From NCBI RefSeq assembly GCF_009914755.1, contig NC_060934.1: DNA of 64,000 nt; one strand, 5' to 3'. Shown piece after piece: positions 1 to 13,145 of the stretch (positions within the stretch are counted from its first letter, which is position 1; each line of letters opens with the position of its first letter). The DNA is from the human T2T-CHM13v2.0 reference genome, Homo sapiens. Under the pieces are notes generated by a model. It did not search any database, was not told where the DNA came from, and worked only from the letters and a program-made list of their open reading frames with translations. Made by a program: the position numbers and the translations under genes.

Positions 1-434
1 TGTGACTCAGCATTTTCCAGATTTAAACTGTTACGATAGACTACTTGAAGCTGACTGAACTCAATCTAGAAGCTTCAGCCCATTAGCTGCGATTGCTGAT
101 TAATTTTACTTTAAGGTAGTTTTTTGAAGTCGGCTTCCTACCTGGTCACAAGGGGAAACCTCATAAAGGTTTCCGTTAATTCCCATGACCGAGCTGATGA
201 AACCACTGAAGACACGCACAGTTATGGGATACATTTTGAGGCCTAATACAGACCTAATGTCACACAAATGCAAACTGTGAGCTCCAGACTCGCTCAGATG
301 GTACATTATAGTCAGTGACAGAGCTGGAATTTCCCAGTCACTCAGTTCACAGGCAGGCACAGTAAGTTAATGGATACAAAGAGTAAAGATGATTTTCCTG
401 CATTTGTAACTGATGTGTAATTTCTACTGCAACT

Positions 435-662
435 ACTAAATGAGTGCTCATTTTGTGCCATGCACATTGCTAAGCATTTTTCACTTACTGACTTAATCTT
501 TAGAATTATCCTATGAAGCAGTGCTTTTATTATTCTCATTATATAGATGAAGAAACTGAGGCACAAAGAGGTTCAGTAATTTGCTTAAGGGCAACCAGCT
601 GGTATACAAGAGAACTAGGACTCAAACTTGGGTGGTCTGGCTCCAGAGCCTGTACTTGATGC
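435..662 (-). mobile_element. MIR SINE relic
   Basis: MIR core gatgaagaaactgaggcaca and ctggctccagagcc; boundaries approximate. Confidence 0.8.
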
Positions 663-959
663 TATATTGTTGCCGAAACTCTTCCTGAATGTCTTTACAC
701 AAGGGCATCTTGCATTAAACAAATCAGATCTATAAATGCCTGGTTACCTACAAATAAGTAAACACACCAATAAATAAAAATATCTAAGAGTTCTTATGAG
801 ATATCCATAAATATCTTTACCCATCCCATACTTCTCACTCACATTAAAAACAAATATTTTAATAATACTTTTTAAAAGATTGTTTCATGTAAAAAGAGAC
901 TTAGAAGAAGATGTTTCAGAGATGAAGAGAAGGACTGTGGAGAATTCAAACCGGCTTAC

Positions 960-1080
960 TACTGCTATCTGCTTCTGCTGTCACCTTTCTGCGACGCAAA
1001 ATCCTTTCTAACTCAGTTTCACTGTTTTCAGGGTCAAGGGATTTTAAGCTTCTTGAACTAGTGGATTTGTTAAGTGTCCC
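960..1080 (-). CDS. SHTN1: Shootin-1 coding exon 15 (121 nt; GTLNKSTSSRSLKSLDPENSETELERILRRRKVTAEADSS+1 nt); long-isoform (1b) exon
   Basis: ctttag acceptor and gtaagc donor; phase 0 follows exon 14; translation matches the Shootin-1b sequence as I recall it. Confidence 0.95.
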
Positions 1081-3374
1081 CTAAAGTGAAAACAAAACAA
1101 AAACAAAAAGGTTAATGTCTTAATACAATATACAAAAGAATATAAAAATCAAACCATGAAAACATTACCAGAATTTGAATGGAATTATGAAACAAAATGA
1201 ATTTGCTATATATTAATATTTTTTAAATGTGCACATTTTCAACAAGACAGAGTGTTGGATCATTTAAGAAGATGCTATTGATGGTGTAAATGCTAGCTTT
1301 TGTTTCAGAAGAACAGTACAAGAACACTTCTGGAAGAGGTGACTATATGAAATTCATCAGTGGGAAGGTACCTGCATAGCGACGATTAAGACGTGATGTG
1401 TGTTGACTGGGTGGAGAAGAGAATTGATATATTAAACTCACCTTAGAAGGAAATCTTTATATGGCAGCCACAAGCTACTAAACTGAAGTCACAGCGGCAC
1501 TGAAAAATGTGTGACTGATCCTTCAGAGGGTGACCCTGGCTGCACACCTGATGTCCGTGGCGTCGTAGCTGTCAAAGGAGGCACATAATGCTCTCCAGGG
1601 GCCGACCCAAAGAAGGGCTGCACTGAGCACATCTTGACTTCAGTATGAAAGGAAAGTTATAATCATACAGAGAGGCAAGCAAGGGTCGGCATCTTAACTC
1701 CACATTCCTAACACAGGAGACAGTTAATGTATTATTCAGGGCCCAGAAGACACTGAAGGAAACAAGAGATGCTATAAATCTGTACTCCTGCTGAAACTGA
1801 TACTGGCTTTCAAGAAGACAGAGGAAGATCCATGTTTCCCTGCTCTGGCTCTTCCGGGAAGTATGTTACAGAGTGAGAGCTATGGTTTTCCATCTCCATT
1901 ACTAGTCAAGTGTTTGTACAGAACACTGGGTGACGTATTTCTCAGTGATACATAAGGATTTAATACATCAACAAGTCTTTCATCAGAGATGCCCATTATT
2001 TCTTAGAAACGGTCCTTCTCAACTGTGCCACATACTTGGGAGGCAGCGGAGGGAGGGGAAGGCAGGAGAACCATACATAATCTTTTGATCAGAGGACATA
2101 AGAACCTCAAGTCTGGTATAACTTGCCAGACTTCATGCCAGAGTCAAAAGACAGCTTTTGTCCACCAAGGCTAATAATCTTGCCAGCCTTTGTAATGTTT
2201 GAACTCACTAAGGACTTGCCTTAATCCTGCTCCCTCCCTGCCTGCCAACTACCTGAAGGATTCTAATAATTCTACTGGCTAAAAATGGTTGTTTTAGCCA
2301 TTTTTACAAGAAGCCTTGTTTCTTCTTTAGCATGTAAAACAAAAAAAAGGTGCTTGTAAAATCAGATGGTTACAAATCTCATAATTAACCTCTATTAAGA
2401 GATTATGTTATTTTGTTTAGGGAATTTTTTCCCTAACTGCTTGAAGTTACAGAAAAGTAACCTGTTGTCAGGGAGGAAACTGACTAACAAGATTAGGAGA
2501 TTATATTATTTTGCTGTCAGCTGCCTAATCAACTGGTTTGCAAAAGACTTAAATAAGGCTCATATTTTAATTAGGCATATAATTTTTTCCTTAGAAGTAT
2601 CTCTTTTTATTTTTCATTTATTGTGTAAATACATTAAAAGGACTATCACATCACATGTAACACTATAATGGCTTATTTTATCATTAAAATCTGGTTTGTT
2701 TCTTTAACATTGCTGATATGCTTCTATGTGTAGAAGAGTCACACCATAAGGTATGACCAATACTGACAAGATACAGAAAATAGAACCATAGCCACTTTAC
2801 ATTTGAAAAAAGTACTACAACAACTATTCCCATATCATTTGTATTTATAATTTTTAAAAACTTACCATCTCTATCATTTGTAAACAGATATTTGAAAAAC
2901 ACATGGTCATCACTACTAAAATAAGTTGTAAAACTACTACATTGTTTCAATAGCAAGGACACTGTGTAGTTTTTCTCAATGGCTTGATTTAATTCAAGGA
3001 AAACTTATGTGTGTGTTCGTACATACATACATACATACCTTTCAAGGATATCTTTTATTGATGAATGTATCTTTCACAGTAATTTCTAGTTTTTTATTTG
3101 GATAATGGCATTATTTCCTCAAATTCTTGACTATAGTAAGCTACTCTCTCATCATACCTGATTACTGAAGGAATCCATTTTCCATGTTTTAACCCTTGAA
3201 TCCCCAACTTCTTTCTCCATTTACTGATGGATGTGGTGGCTTCAGCTAACATATGAGTAAACTTTCAATACAAGGGCAATTGTGGAGGAAAGAAAGGTTT
3301 CTGCATGACTCTCAACTGAAATGATGAAGAGCTCAGCTAATAAAATACCAAGACTATTTTAGTTATCTCTTTAT

Positions 3375-3580
3375 ATTAGAATCATAAAATTTGAGAATCA
3401 GAAATTAACTTAGAAACTGTGGTACATATAATTCCTTCACTTTATAGAAAAGAGAATTCAAATTCAGTGAGCCTCAGGGTCTGGGGACAGGTCCCACAAT
3501 AAGTCATTGATAGGGCTGGATCTAGAACTTAGATTTCCCAAGTCCCAAACCAATACTCTTTTTCTACTTCAAACCACTGT
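3375..3580 (-). mobile_element. MIR-family relic
   Basis: degenerate MIR-like core; boundaries approximate. Confidence 0.5.
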
Positions 3581-5831
3581 GGTCATTTAACAACCTTAGG
3601 CCCCATGTTAGTTAAATGTTCATAATACTAACTAATCTAATTGTCAGGCAAAATTAACTATTCAAAAATTTCTGGGTATTTTGGAAAACTGAAGATGTCT
3701 GGAAAAGACCCATAATACAATTTTTTAAAAATTGCTTTTAGTTCTTTGATTTACAGCCAACTGAAATTGAGAAGAGAATTTTGATTTGCATCAATCTATT
3801 CTTCAGCAATCACCACTGTCACTTAGAGTGGCTTTCTAAGTGACTGAGGTGACTCAAAAGGTTTCATTTCCTAAACCTCAAAACCTTTTGTGACTATGAG
3901 AAATGGACTATACATATTTTTATCTACAAAATATCCAGCTTTAAAACTTAAGTGGAAGTAGGTTTGGAAAAACGAGGTCAGTCAATACTGAGACATTAAA
4001 AATTGGCTTGAAAATTGTTCAACTCAGAAAATAGAATAGGGGTTTGAAACTCCCCCAAACCAGAGACTTGTTTTCTACCTGGGGGCTAACTTAGCAGAAG
4101 GCCAAATCACTAAGTCTTACAACTTGGGTCACATTCCATTTCATCAAAAAATAACCCACACTGAGCTTCTTTCTGGTTCTGTTCCACAATAGAACCGAAC
4201 ACAGTGTTTTTTGGTTTCTTGATAACCCCTGGTACCAGTGCTTGTGTTTTTCAGTACACAACTGCAGGCTTTTCGTGTTCCGTCTTAATTGTTTCTTACA
4301 TGCCATGATTGTGAGGTTGGGACCATGTGCTTTACAGGGTACTAACTTCAATAATCCTAACAGTCTGAACTCCAGCAACAAGCACCACTAAAGACCCAAA
4401 TGTCTGGCAGGTCGAGCTAGGAGCTTTCTTTTTATCTTTCTTATAAGAATGTGTGTGGTTTATAGGCTCCAGGTGACAGGGAATTACAAATAGTCCATCC
4501 TTCCTCAAAGAAACTTCTATGGGGGAAGAGGAGAACTGCCACTTGGCAGAGAGTAGGGGAGAGGATCATGAGCTCTACTTTTAAAAAAACTTAATGTAAA
4601 GAAGTAATATTGTCAGAGTAGTAACTCCTAGTGATACACTAATGCCAGGTAAGGCAGTGAGATCTAAAGATAGATCCAAGGCAAGAAGGATGGGGGCAAT
4701 TTGCCCTAAAAAAGATGTCTTAAAATTTTTTATAACTTATAAATTATTTCACAAATTTCTCTCCTTGAAGTGGCACAAAATTATGGTGAATATGGTATTT
4801 AAGAGTAATGCTGTAATTCAGTAAACTTGCTACCATGCAGCATTCTCAGAGAATGGGATATCTTGGCTAATCAAATATTATCATATGTACCTCATAGAGA
4901 CGTCTGATTTTCAAAATTAACCTAATTTTTAAAAAGTCAAACTCAGTATAGTCTACTCTTTCACTGTTGGCCAGAACTGTGCCCCAGAGGACATCTTTAT
5001 GAACATGAATTAGCATTATAACACAAACACAACAAAAGAGACTGTCATAGGGAGTTCTCCTTAATAGAACACTGAATAACAGACTTTTCTGATCAAAGAA
5101 TCTATTAGATAATCACCACATGCTTTTTCAATGGCTTTAATACACTATTCTGTAGGTAGGCCACCACTGTTAGCCAGTGATATACCTCTCTTCAGTGCTA
5201 ATCCCACTCACTTAAAACTAAAGCAAACTAATTAAGCCATTCTGGGTTAAGTCTACTGTTTAAAGACATGCTTGATGAAAATAATCTTGTTTACCACAAT
5301 TATGTGGATGTCTACATGCAATGCATAATTGGCACAGCAACAACAAACATGGGAGTATTCAGTCTTGTACCTCCGCCCCCATGTTTGTTGACTTACTGTG
5401 CATAATAACTGGGACTGGGACCGTAACAGGATCTGAGAATAGAGCTCTTAGTATCTGAAACATTTTCTAAGTGAGGCATCTGTCTCTAACAGCAACTGCT
5501 GGAGAGTGCAGTAGCCGCTGATTCCATTGGCAAAAGCTCACAGTTTGAAAAGCAAAAATATGACTAGGAAGGGACACAAAGTATGCTCTCCAACTGTCAG
5601 AAAATAAAACTAGTAACATAAAAAAAGGGCCTCTTATTTTATTCCTCAATTTATCATCAAATAATTGTTTCGACTGTGAGGAAAGGCAGACTGTGACCCT
5701 GATATGAAGCTATTTGGGGAGGAATTTAGCTTCACATTTAGGATTCTCCTTTTAGGCTTCAAAGTAAAGCATTATTCATCTATTATATTTCTGTTTTTCA
5801 TCAACATGTACGGACCCTTACATATGGCCAG

Positions 5832-6121
5832 CCACTTCATCTTCAAGCTGTGATGCCAGGATTGGAGGGCAAGAACAGGAAACAATGACTTTGGTGAAAG
5901 TGTAACCACTCTTTTAGAACAAAAACAGCACAGTGTTATTTGAAAAATTATTAACATATGTGATGGAGCAGTCTGTAAGCACGATCAAATAAACTGGCCA
6001 AAGATGAGGCTAATTGTAAATGGGAATAAAACACACCACAAACAATTCACAAAAAACAGATTTTAAAATACTCTCCTTTCATTTCCCCATTAGCTAAACA
6101 ATAAACTGAAATCTATTCTTA
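5832..6121 (+). other. Candidate antisense terminal exon (possibly an ENO4 isoform)
   Basis: cag acceptor after a ~60-nt AG-free zone, short frame PLHLQAVMPGLEGKNRKQ-stop, three AATAAA (5988, 6025, 6100). Confidence 0.45.
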
Positions 6122-6122
6122 C

Positions 6123-6176
6123 CAGTATTCCTTTTAGTTCATCCACTGCACTTTCGCAGCCTTTCGAAGATTCTGG
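6123..6176 (-). CDS. SHTN1: Shootin-1 coding exon 14 (54 nt; PESSKGCESAVDELKGIL)
   Basis: ttatag acceptor, gtaaga donor, phase 0-0, in frame with both neighbours. Confidence 0.96.
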
Positions 6177-7383
6177 CTATAATTTTAATAAGAAAGAAAA
6201 ATCACTGAGTAATTCAGTTTAAAAATACTAAACAATGATTTTTACATGGCAAACTATTAGTAGCCTTATATTGGTAATATGTATGACTATATATATTTTT
6301 AAATTAGGACTATGTCTTAAGGTTAGGAAAAAATACTAGCCATGTTAGTGCTTTCAAGTAGCAGTTAAACAAAAAATAAGAAGTTATATTCAAAGCAAAA
6401 GGAGACAAGCTACCCTCTTCTAAATACCATATTGTTACCTCTTGATTATTATCATAGACAGAGAAGATTTGGTAGACATCGGATTTCAAAGATCTGATTC
6501 CAAATTATTCAGAGCTTCTTAGGATAAACTGTCCTCTACCTGCATTGCTGGACTCTGCCAGCAAGCAGAGACTAGAAACAAGGCAGTGCAGAGCAGAAGC
6601 AAGCCACAGGGCAGAAAACCTCTCTCAGCTCCACCAGCTATGGGAGGAGGTCAGCTTACAGGGGCCTGGCATGTAAGAATTTCACAAGAGGACAGAGTCG
6701 AGAGAGCAGGGACCAGCAAAGAACCTGGCTACAGGAGAAAGTTAGCATGGCTGGCTGCCAGAGCAGCCAAAGACCTCAGAGGAGGTGCAGTCCAATCACT
6801 CATCTTGGAAGGAAAGTCAGGCTTCAGCCAGGTAGTATTTGAGTTAGGTGTCTTGATTACAAGCTCAGCTCTCTTCTGGCCATACCATGGACAAAATAAT
6901 CTGAAGTAAAATTCTGGGTATGATTTGCCTGCCTCACAATACCTAACGATCTCTGCAGATCACTCAACTAATTTAATGGAGGGAAAATTTAGCATGAGGA
7001 CCTCATGAAAAGTAAGTTCAGGAAAGACTTCTGATCTCCCTCGTACCACTTCCTTTCACAAAGGATAGAGATGAAGGGGAAACTTGCAAGACATAGTGAA
7101 AGGAACCCCTTGAGCCTCTTATTCCTGGAAAAGAGGTAAGGTTATATTCTCTCTCATCAAAAAAATGAGAGTTAATTAACAGCAACCTATAATCCTTTCC
7201 TCTCAAAAACAATTTAAAAATAAGATCCTACTTCAAATTTTAAAAACAGAGAAGAGAGAGGTTTGCTGCTCATGTACAAAGCTGACTAAGGCATTCAGCT
7301 CTCATAGCGCAGATTTTCTGTGAAATACACATGCCCTTAGTGCCAGTCCATAAGCACTAAGACACTAATTTCAACCACACTAG

Positions 7384-7414
7384 CACCACCACCACCACCA
7401 CCACCACTACCACC
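7384..7414 (+). repeat. (CAC)n microsatellite
   Basis: about 10 CAC units with one interruption. Confidence 0.9.
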
Positions 7415-8069
7415 AAGGAATTTTGAAAATAAGCGGTTAAATTAATATTCTCAAGGCAGGCTTGACTTCTGCAGGTCAACCCTTCAGGTGATAAGCTGTG
7501 ACGTTCAAACAAATGCCCTGCCTTTAGGCATACCCAAAAGTGCTGCCATGCCACTCAGGCTGCCCTCTGACTGCACAAGCCTTTTGAACCCTGGACCACA
7601 AAATGTCGCCATTTGTGACATTTCAGGAAAGCCCTGATGGTACTAGGGGAAGACGTCTGTCCTCAAGCATGCAGTGACAATTTGTTTTAAAGGTTATTGA
7701 CCAGGTCATTCAGCACCGTATCTACACAGTTCAAGATTTACCAGCAAAAAACCCAGTTGTCCACTGATCCTTGTTCAGTTGCTTCCCAGATTTTGAATTG
7801 ACATTAAATAATGTGTAACTGCAGGAAGTCATGGGAAGAAAGAAAAAGCACAAAGTGATATTCTGAAAACGAAAGTACGTATGGAACATTGATTGCTTAT
7901 GATTTAAGAAGTTTTCAACTTTTTTCTTTCTAAAACTAATTTTGTTTCTTTATGGCATTGTATTTTTCTCTAGTAATAGTTTGGTTTTGCTTATTCTTTC
8001 CATAATTAGTGGTGATGTGAAAGTCATAAAAATGGATTCTTTTTCAAAGGTGGCACTCAGACCTTGCAT

Positions 8070-8205
8070 TTTAAAGTATTTTCACACTTTATTCCATTTG
8101 ATCTTGACAACAACCCCATGTGTCAGATAAGGCAGGTGCTATCCCCATCTTGAAGAGAAGAAGTGTGGGGAAGCTGGGTGACAGTGCCAGGGCCCAACTC
8201 CAAGA
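8070..8205 (-). mobile_element. MIR relic
   Basis: degenerate MIR core (acaacccc...atccccatcttgaagag); boundaries approximate. Confidence 0.55.
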
Positions 8206-8524
8206 GCTCTGCTCTTCACTCTCTTGCCAGACACCAGCACTGGGCCAGCTGTGCCAGATCATTCTACACACTCAGCTTCTCCTCCAGTTTTACATTTCAT
8301 CCTTTACTTAGAAAACTGCTTTCAGATAATTGGCACAAGACTGAACTATTTTACGTGGTTGGCTGAAGCTTCTGTTTCCTTAGATGTAAATTTACTCTTG
8401 GAGTTGAGTATTCTTTCCCTCTTTCCAATCCTTTCCCATGTACAGCCCACACTATAGCCACTCTCGCCTTGCCTGGCTATCTTGCCTGGCTGTGACAAAG
8501 TGGCAACTTAGAAAACCCATCAGA

Positions 8525-8927
<403 letters not shown>

Positions 8928-9707
8928 TTAGTGAAGAAGGCGAAGGAAGAAGAGGAAGTGGAGGAAGAGGAAGAACCGGTCAGTTCATACCTAATTAGAG
9001 AGGAGAGAGAGTATTTTTCAAGAACAATGTTTAAAACTATTATTGGGCTTATTTAAATGTAGTGGATATACAAACAAAGGCAGGGGAGAGATCATGAAAG
9101 GGACTCTAAGCAACTTCACAGATCCTGGAGTGCTCGCTGTGGTCTAGTTTAGGAGAGAGTTTTTCTCCTCGAAGTGACTTGGAAAACATTTGTGAAATTA
9201 ATGAAAAACAATCATATAAGTCTCACTATTTTCCCCAGAGTTGTCCTAGTTTTGTTCTGCTGTTGTTATTATGTGATTCCGTCCACTATAATAGAAGCCT
9301 CAGCAAGGCGAGGGTTTTCGCCTATTTTGTTCAGTACTTTATCCCTCGTGCCTAAAACAGCATCTGGCACATAGCAGATAATCAGTAGAATCACACAAAA
9401 GAATCAGGAATCAAAGAAAAGAAAGGATGTGATAATTGTTATTTGTTTGGTGTAACAGTTCGTATCACTGTCTCTCGTAATGAGACAACAGCACCCCCAA
9501 AATAACATGGCTTCCTTTTTATACTGATTTAGGTTCACCATGGGTCCTCCTGAAACATGCTTATGTGGAAGTAAAAGCTTTTGTGACACATTAGCTTTAT
9601 CCTAAGATCTGACAGTGGGTCCTGATGCAGCTTTCATCAAATTTCAAATTTATACATTTAAAAAAGGAAATATCAAACAGGGAAAAAAGCATTCAGTCAC
9701 TCCATAC

Positions 9708-9817
9708 CTTTGTCTTCGGTCTGGCTGTCTGATTAACGGGTCTAAGATGAACTCCCTTTTTAATTCTATCCATCATCTCTTCAACTGCTTGCCTCTTTAG
9801 ATCTGTGACTTCTTCAG
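9708..9817 (-). CDS. SHTN1: Shootin-1 coding exon 13 (110 nt; (T)EEVTDLKRQAVEEMMDRIKKGVHLRPVNQTARPKTK), WH2-like segment
   Basis: aacag acceptor, gtatgg donor, phase 1-0. Confidence 0.96.
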
Positions 9818-11520
9818 CTGTTCAAAGAACACAGACATAAATCCTCTTATGTTACAAGAAAACAGCTACTTCCTATTTTTGGTGACTTGGAAAAATTACA
9901 CTATGCAATTAATCACAGTCATTTTTCATTCACAGTTGCAGAACACTAAAAATTTACTAGTTAACAGCTATCAGGTAGCAACACTTAAAGAAAAAACTTT
10001 TAGAGAAAAAATCTGATCAGAAAAATAAGAGTTATAAAAATTTGTAGCCTGGATCCAAGTCAGTATTGTCTTGCCTCTGTCAACAAAGTAGACTTTGTTC
10101 GTTTGTCCACATTTCTCCAGGTCTTTAAAATCCCAACTTTGTGCCTAATCCCAAATAATCTTTGTCTCAAAGATGTTTTTACAACTTACTGTACATCCTA
10201 TGTCAAAGAAATCAGCCTAAAAAAGAAACAACTACCAGAAATCCACTGGGGGAAGAAAAGATGAAACAGATGTTTTTCTTGTTGGAATAAGTCTATAGTC
10301 AAAAGACAAACAGTAAATAAATAAAATCTATTTTTAAACTGCCATCTTTTGTTTATGAATCGCATGGAAAGGAAACATTTAAGCAAACCTTTCTCAAGTC
10401 TTTTTAAATTGTCAGTGTTAAAAGAAAATATACATGTAGCAATAATTGCAATTAGGTAATTCCATTTGATTTTAAAATTCAACTATCTATTGTTTAACGT
10501 TGCCACTATTTTGCTGCAAAAAAAATAAATAAATAAAAAAGAGGTGGAGATGTGTATCAATTGGATGAATGTAACTGAGGTGAACTTAAACTTATTGATC
10601 AGAAAAGTGAAATGTCTCTCTTGTAGAATAGCTTGACCAAAATCACAGAACCATTTCAGAACATTTATCACCATTAATGCAGTTCTAGGTCTTGTGTTTA
10701 CTTCCATCTAGCTCATTGCAGCCAACATATTTGAGTTTATCTAATAAGGACCTTCCAATTACCATCTTTAATAGACTCTACACTGCCTGGCAATATGGTG
10801 GGCACTCAACAAGTTTCTACTGACTATTGGCTTCTGAAGTTTCTGCTTTAAATGCCTACTAATATTTTTACTATCTGAGTAGAAATGACTAAACCCCAAA
10901 AGGCTGGCTTCTAAATGCCAGGCAATCACTACTGCATCCCCGAGCTAATTAGCTCTAGTATTAGGCTTTGCAATAAGGAGGCCTAGATTATGGCTTCTTT
11001 TTCTGCTACAAGGCTAGACTCCATTCCAACCCTGGGTAGCCATTCCTCTTGTGTAAGCGCCTAGGGGAGCAACTAAGAGAGACCAGAGGTTTCCATTACC
11101 CTCATCTGTACAAGTCCACAATAAGGGATCACTGCTATATTCACTGTATAACCTAGGTTTTCTGATACCGTCCTAACTTCAAAGAGAATTGTCAACCTCA
11201 GAAGCCATTGAAATGCTGAGAATTAAAACCTCTCAATATCTAAACAACAGTTTTCAGATCCAGAAGTCAAAACAAGTATCTTTTGCCAAGCAACATGGGA
11301 AACATGGTCACCAAAGTTAGAACTCATCTACCAGTAAATGAAAGATGACTAAACTGTGGGTTGATCAACCATGTGCCCTTAAGCAGCATTTTCTTGGGCA
11401 GCTTCTTCTGATGGTTCACAAACATCAACAAAGGGACAGATAAGTAAATTATGATGGGTAGAAATTCATTCATTCATTCAATCATTCATTCCTTTATTCA
11501 CTCACCCACTCAATATCTGA

Positions 11521-11886
<366 letters not shown>

Positions 11887-12999
11887 TGAGACTAGGAAGA
11901 GCTGCATGGTGATAGGAACACCGCCTACAAACAGATTAGCACTCTGTAAGGAATGACTGAAACCCAATTAAATGCACCATACAAAAACTAATTAAGGCAG
12001 ACAGATGGAGAATTATGGTCAACACCATTCAAATCTGCTACAGCATCTAACATAGCAGGAATTTAAAGTAGTTTCTTATATTTGCTTGCCAGAATCATAG
12101 TGATAATTCAGAGACGTGCCACTATCTGTATTGTGTACAGATTATAAACCAGGCTTTAATTTCTCAGTCTTTTTCAAATGTAAAGGCTTAATTGGTTTTA
12201 AGGAAAAGGAATCATTCTTATCAGATTCCCTACTCAGGCGCAATACAAGAGCAACGCTAGGTTAGCTACACAAGCTTTCTCTCTTGCCGACCCTGTTTTT
12301 GAACTAGCAAAAAGCAATCTATACGAACTTCTAAACTATTAAGCAGTTCTAATAAATCTGCAAGAATCACCTACAGAGAGCTCATGGTATGTTTTGTAAT
12401 TCTTTCTGCAATCACACAGTTGGTAATTGTCTCACAAAAGCATGTAATCAAGGGGACAATAGAAATATGCAGGATACTGGAGATTAAAGAAAAGGGACAA
12501 ATGAAGACAACAGGTCTAATGTTATTGAACTGCCACAGGAAAATAAAATCAAATGCTCTTTGAGTTAGTGCTTCAAGGTCAGTCTTGGATCAGAAAGCTA
12601 CATGTAATTAATTGGGGCTTAAATTTTAAGACCCACTTGAAAAATAAGTTAGTTCCTTATAAAAAAAAAAAAGACCCACAGACAAGACCATCATCTTATT
12701 ACTAAATAAAACCTTCTGCTATTACCTTGAAGAAACGAAAATGAATTTCCAAATTCCACAGGATTACTATTTCTTTCACTAACTTTCTTTTAAAGGTAAT
12801 TAAAAAAAAAATCTTATGCCACCATGATATACCATATTTCTAAAGAATACATTATAGTCGAATTAAGTTCAAATCTGACATCAGGTCATAAAGTTAAAGA
12901 AATTTCCTTAGCTACAATAATCACAAGAACCTGTGGGATGAGGATTCCCTTTGCTCCTCCCAAAGGATGGCTAGTACCTTTTCCATGTTTTTCCATGCT

Positions 13000-13145
13000 A
13001 ACATTTTGAGTATTTTCTGTGCTGGATACTACTGTAAACACTTTTCATGTTGTGAGACTCACTAATTCTCACAACAATCCTGTGAAATAGGAAATACTAT
13101 TATCCCCATTCTACAGATTAGCAAATCAAGGCACGGCGAAGTAAG
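13000..13145 (-). mobile_element. MIR relic
   Basis: ctcacaacaatcctgtgaaatagg...tatccccattctacagat. Confidence 0.7.

Noticed and set aside
2-16. GTGACTCAGCA with an AT-rich flank (ARE/AP-1 consensus)
   Set aside because: Single motif at the window edge with no context to support function
142-205. Possible minus-strand cryptic exon (cttcag...CAG|gtagga) containing an 8-bp hairpin ggaaacct/aggtttcc
   Set aside because: 64 nt and frame-disrupting; such splice motifs and short stems are expected by chance
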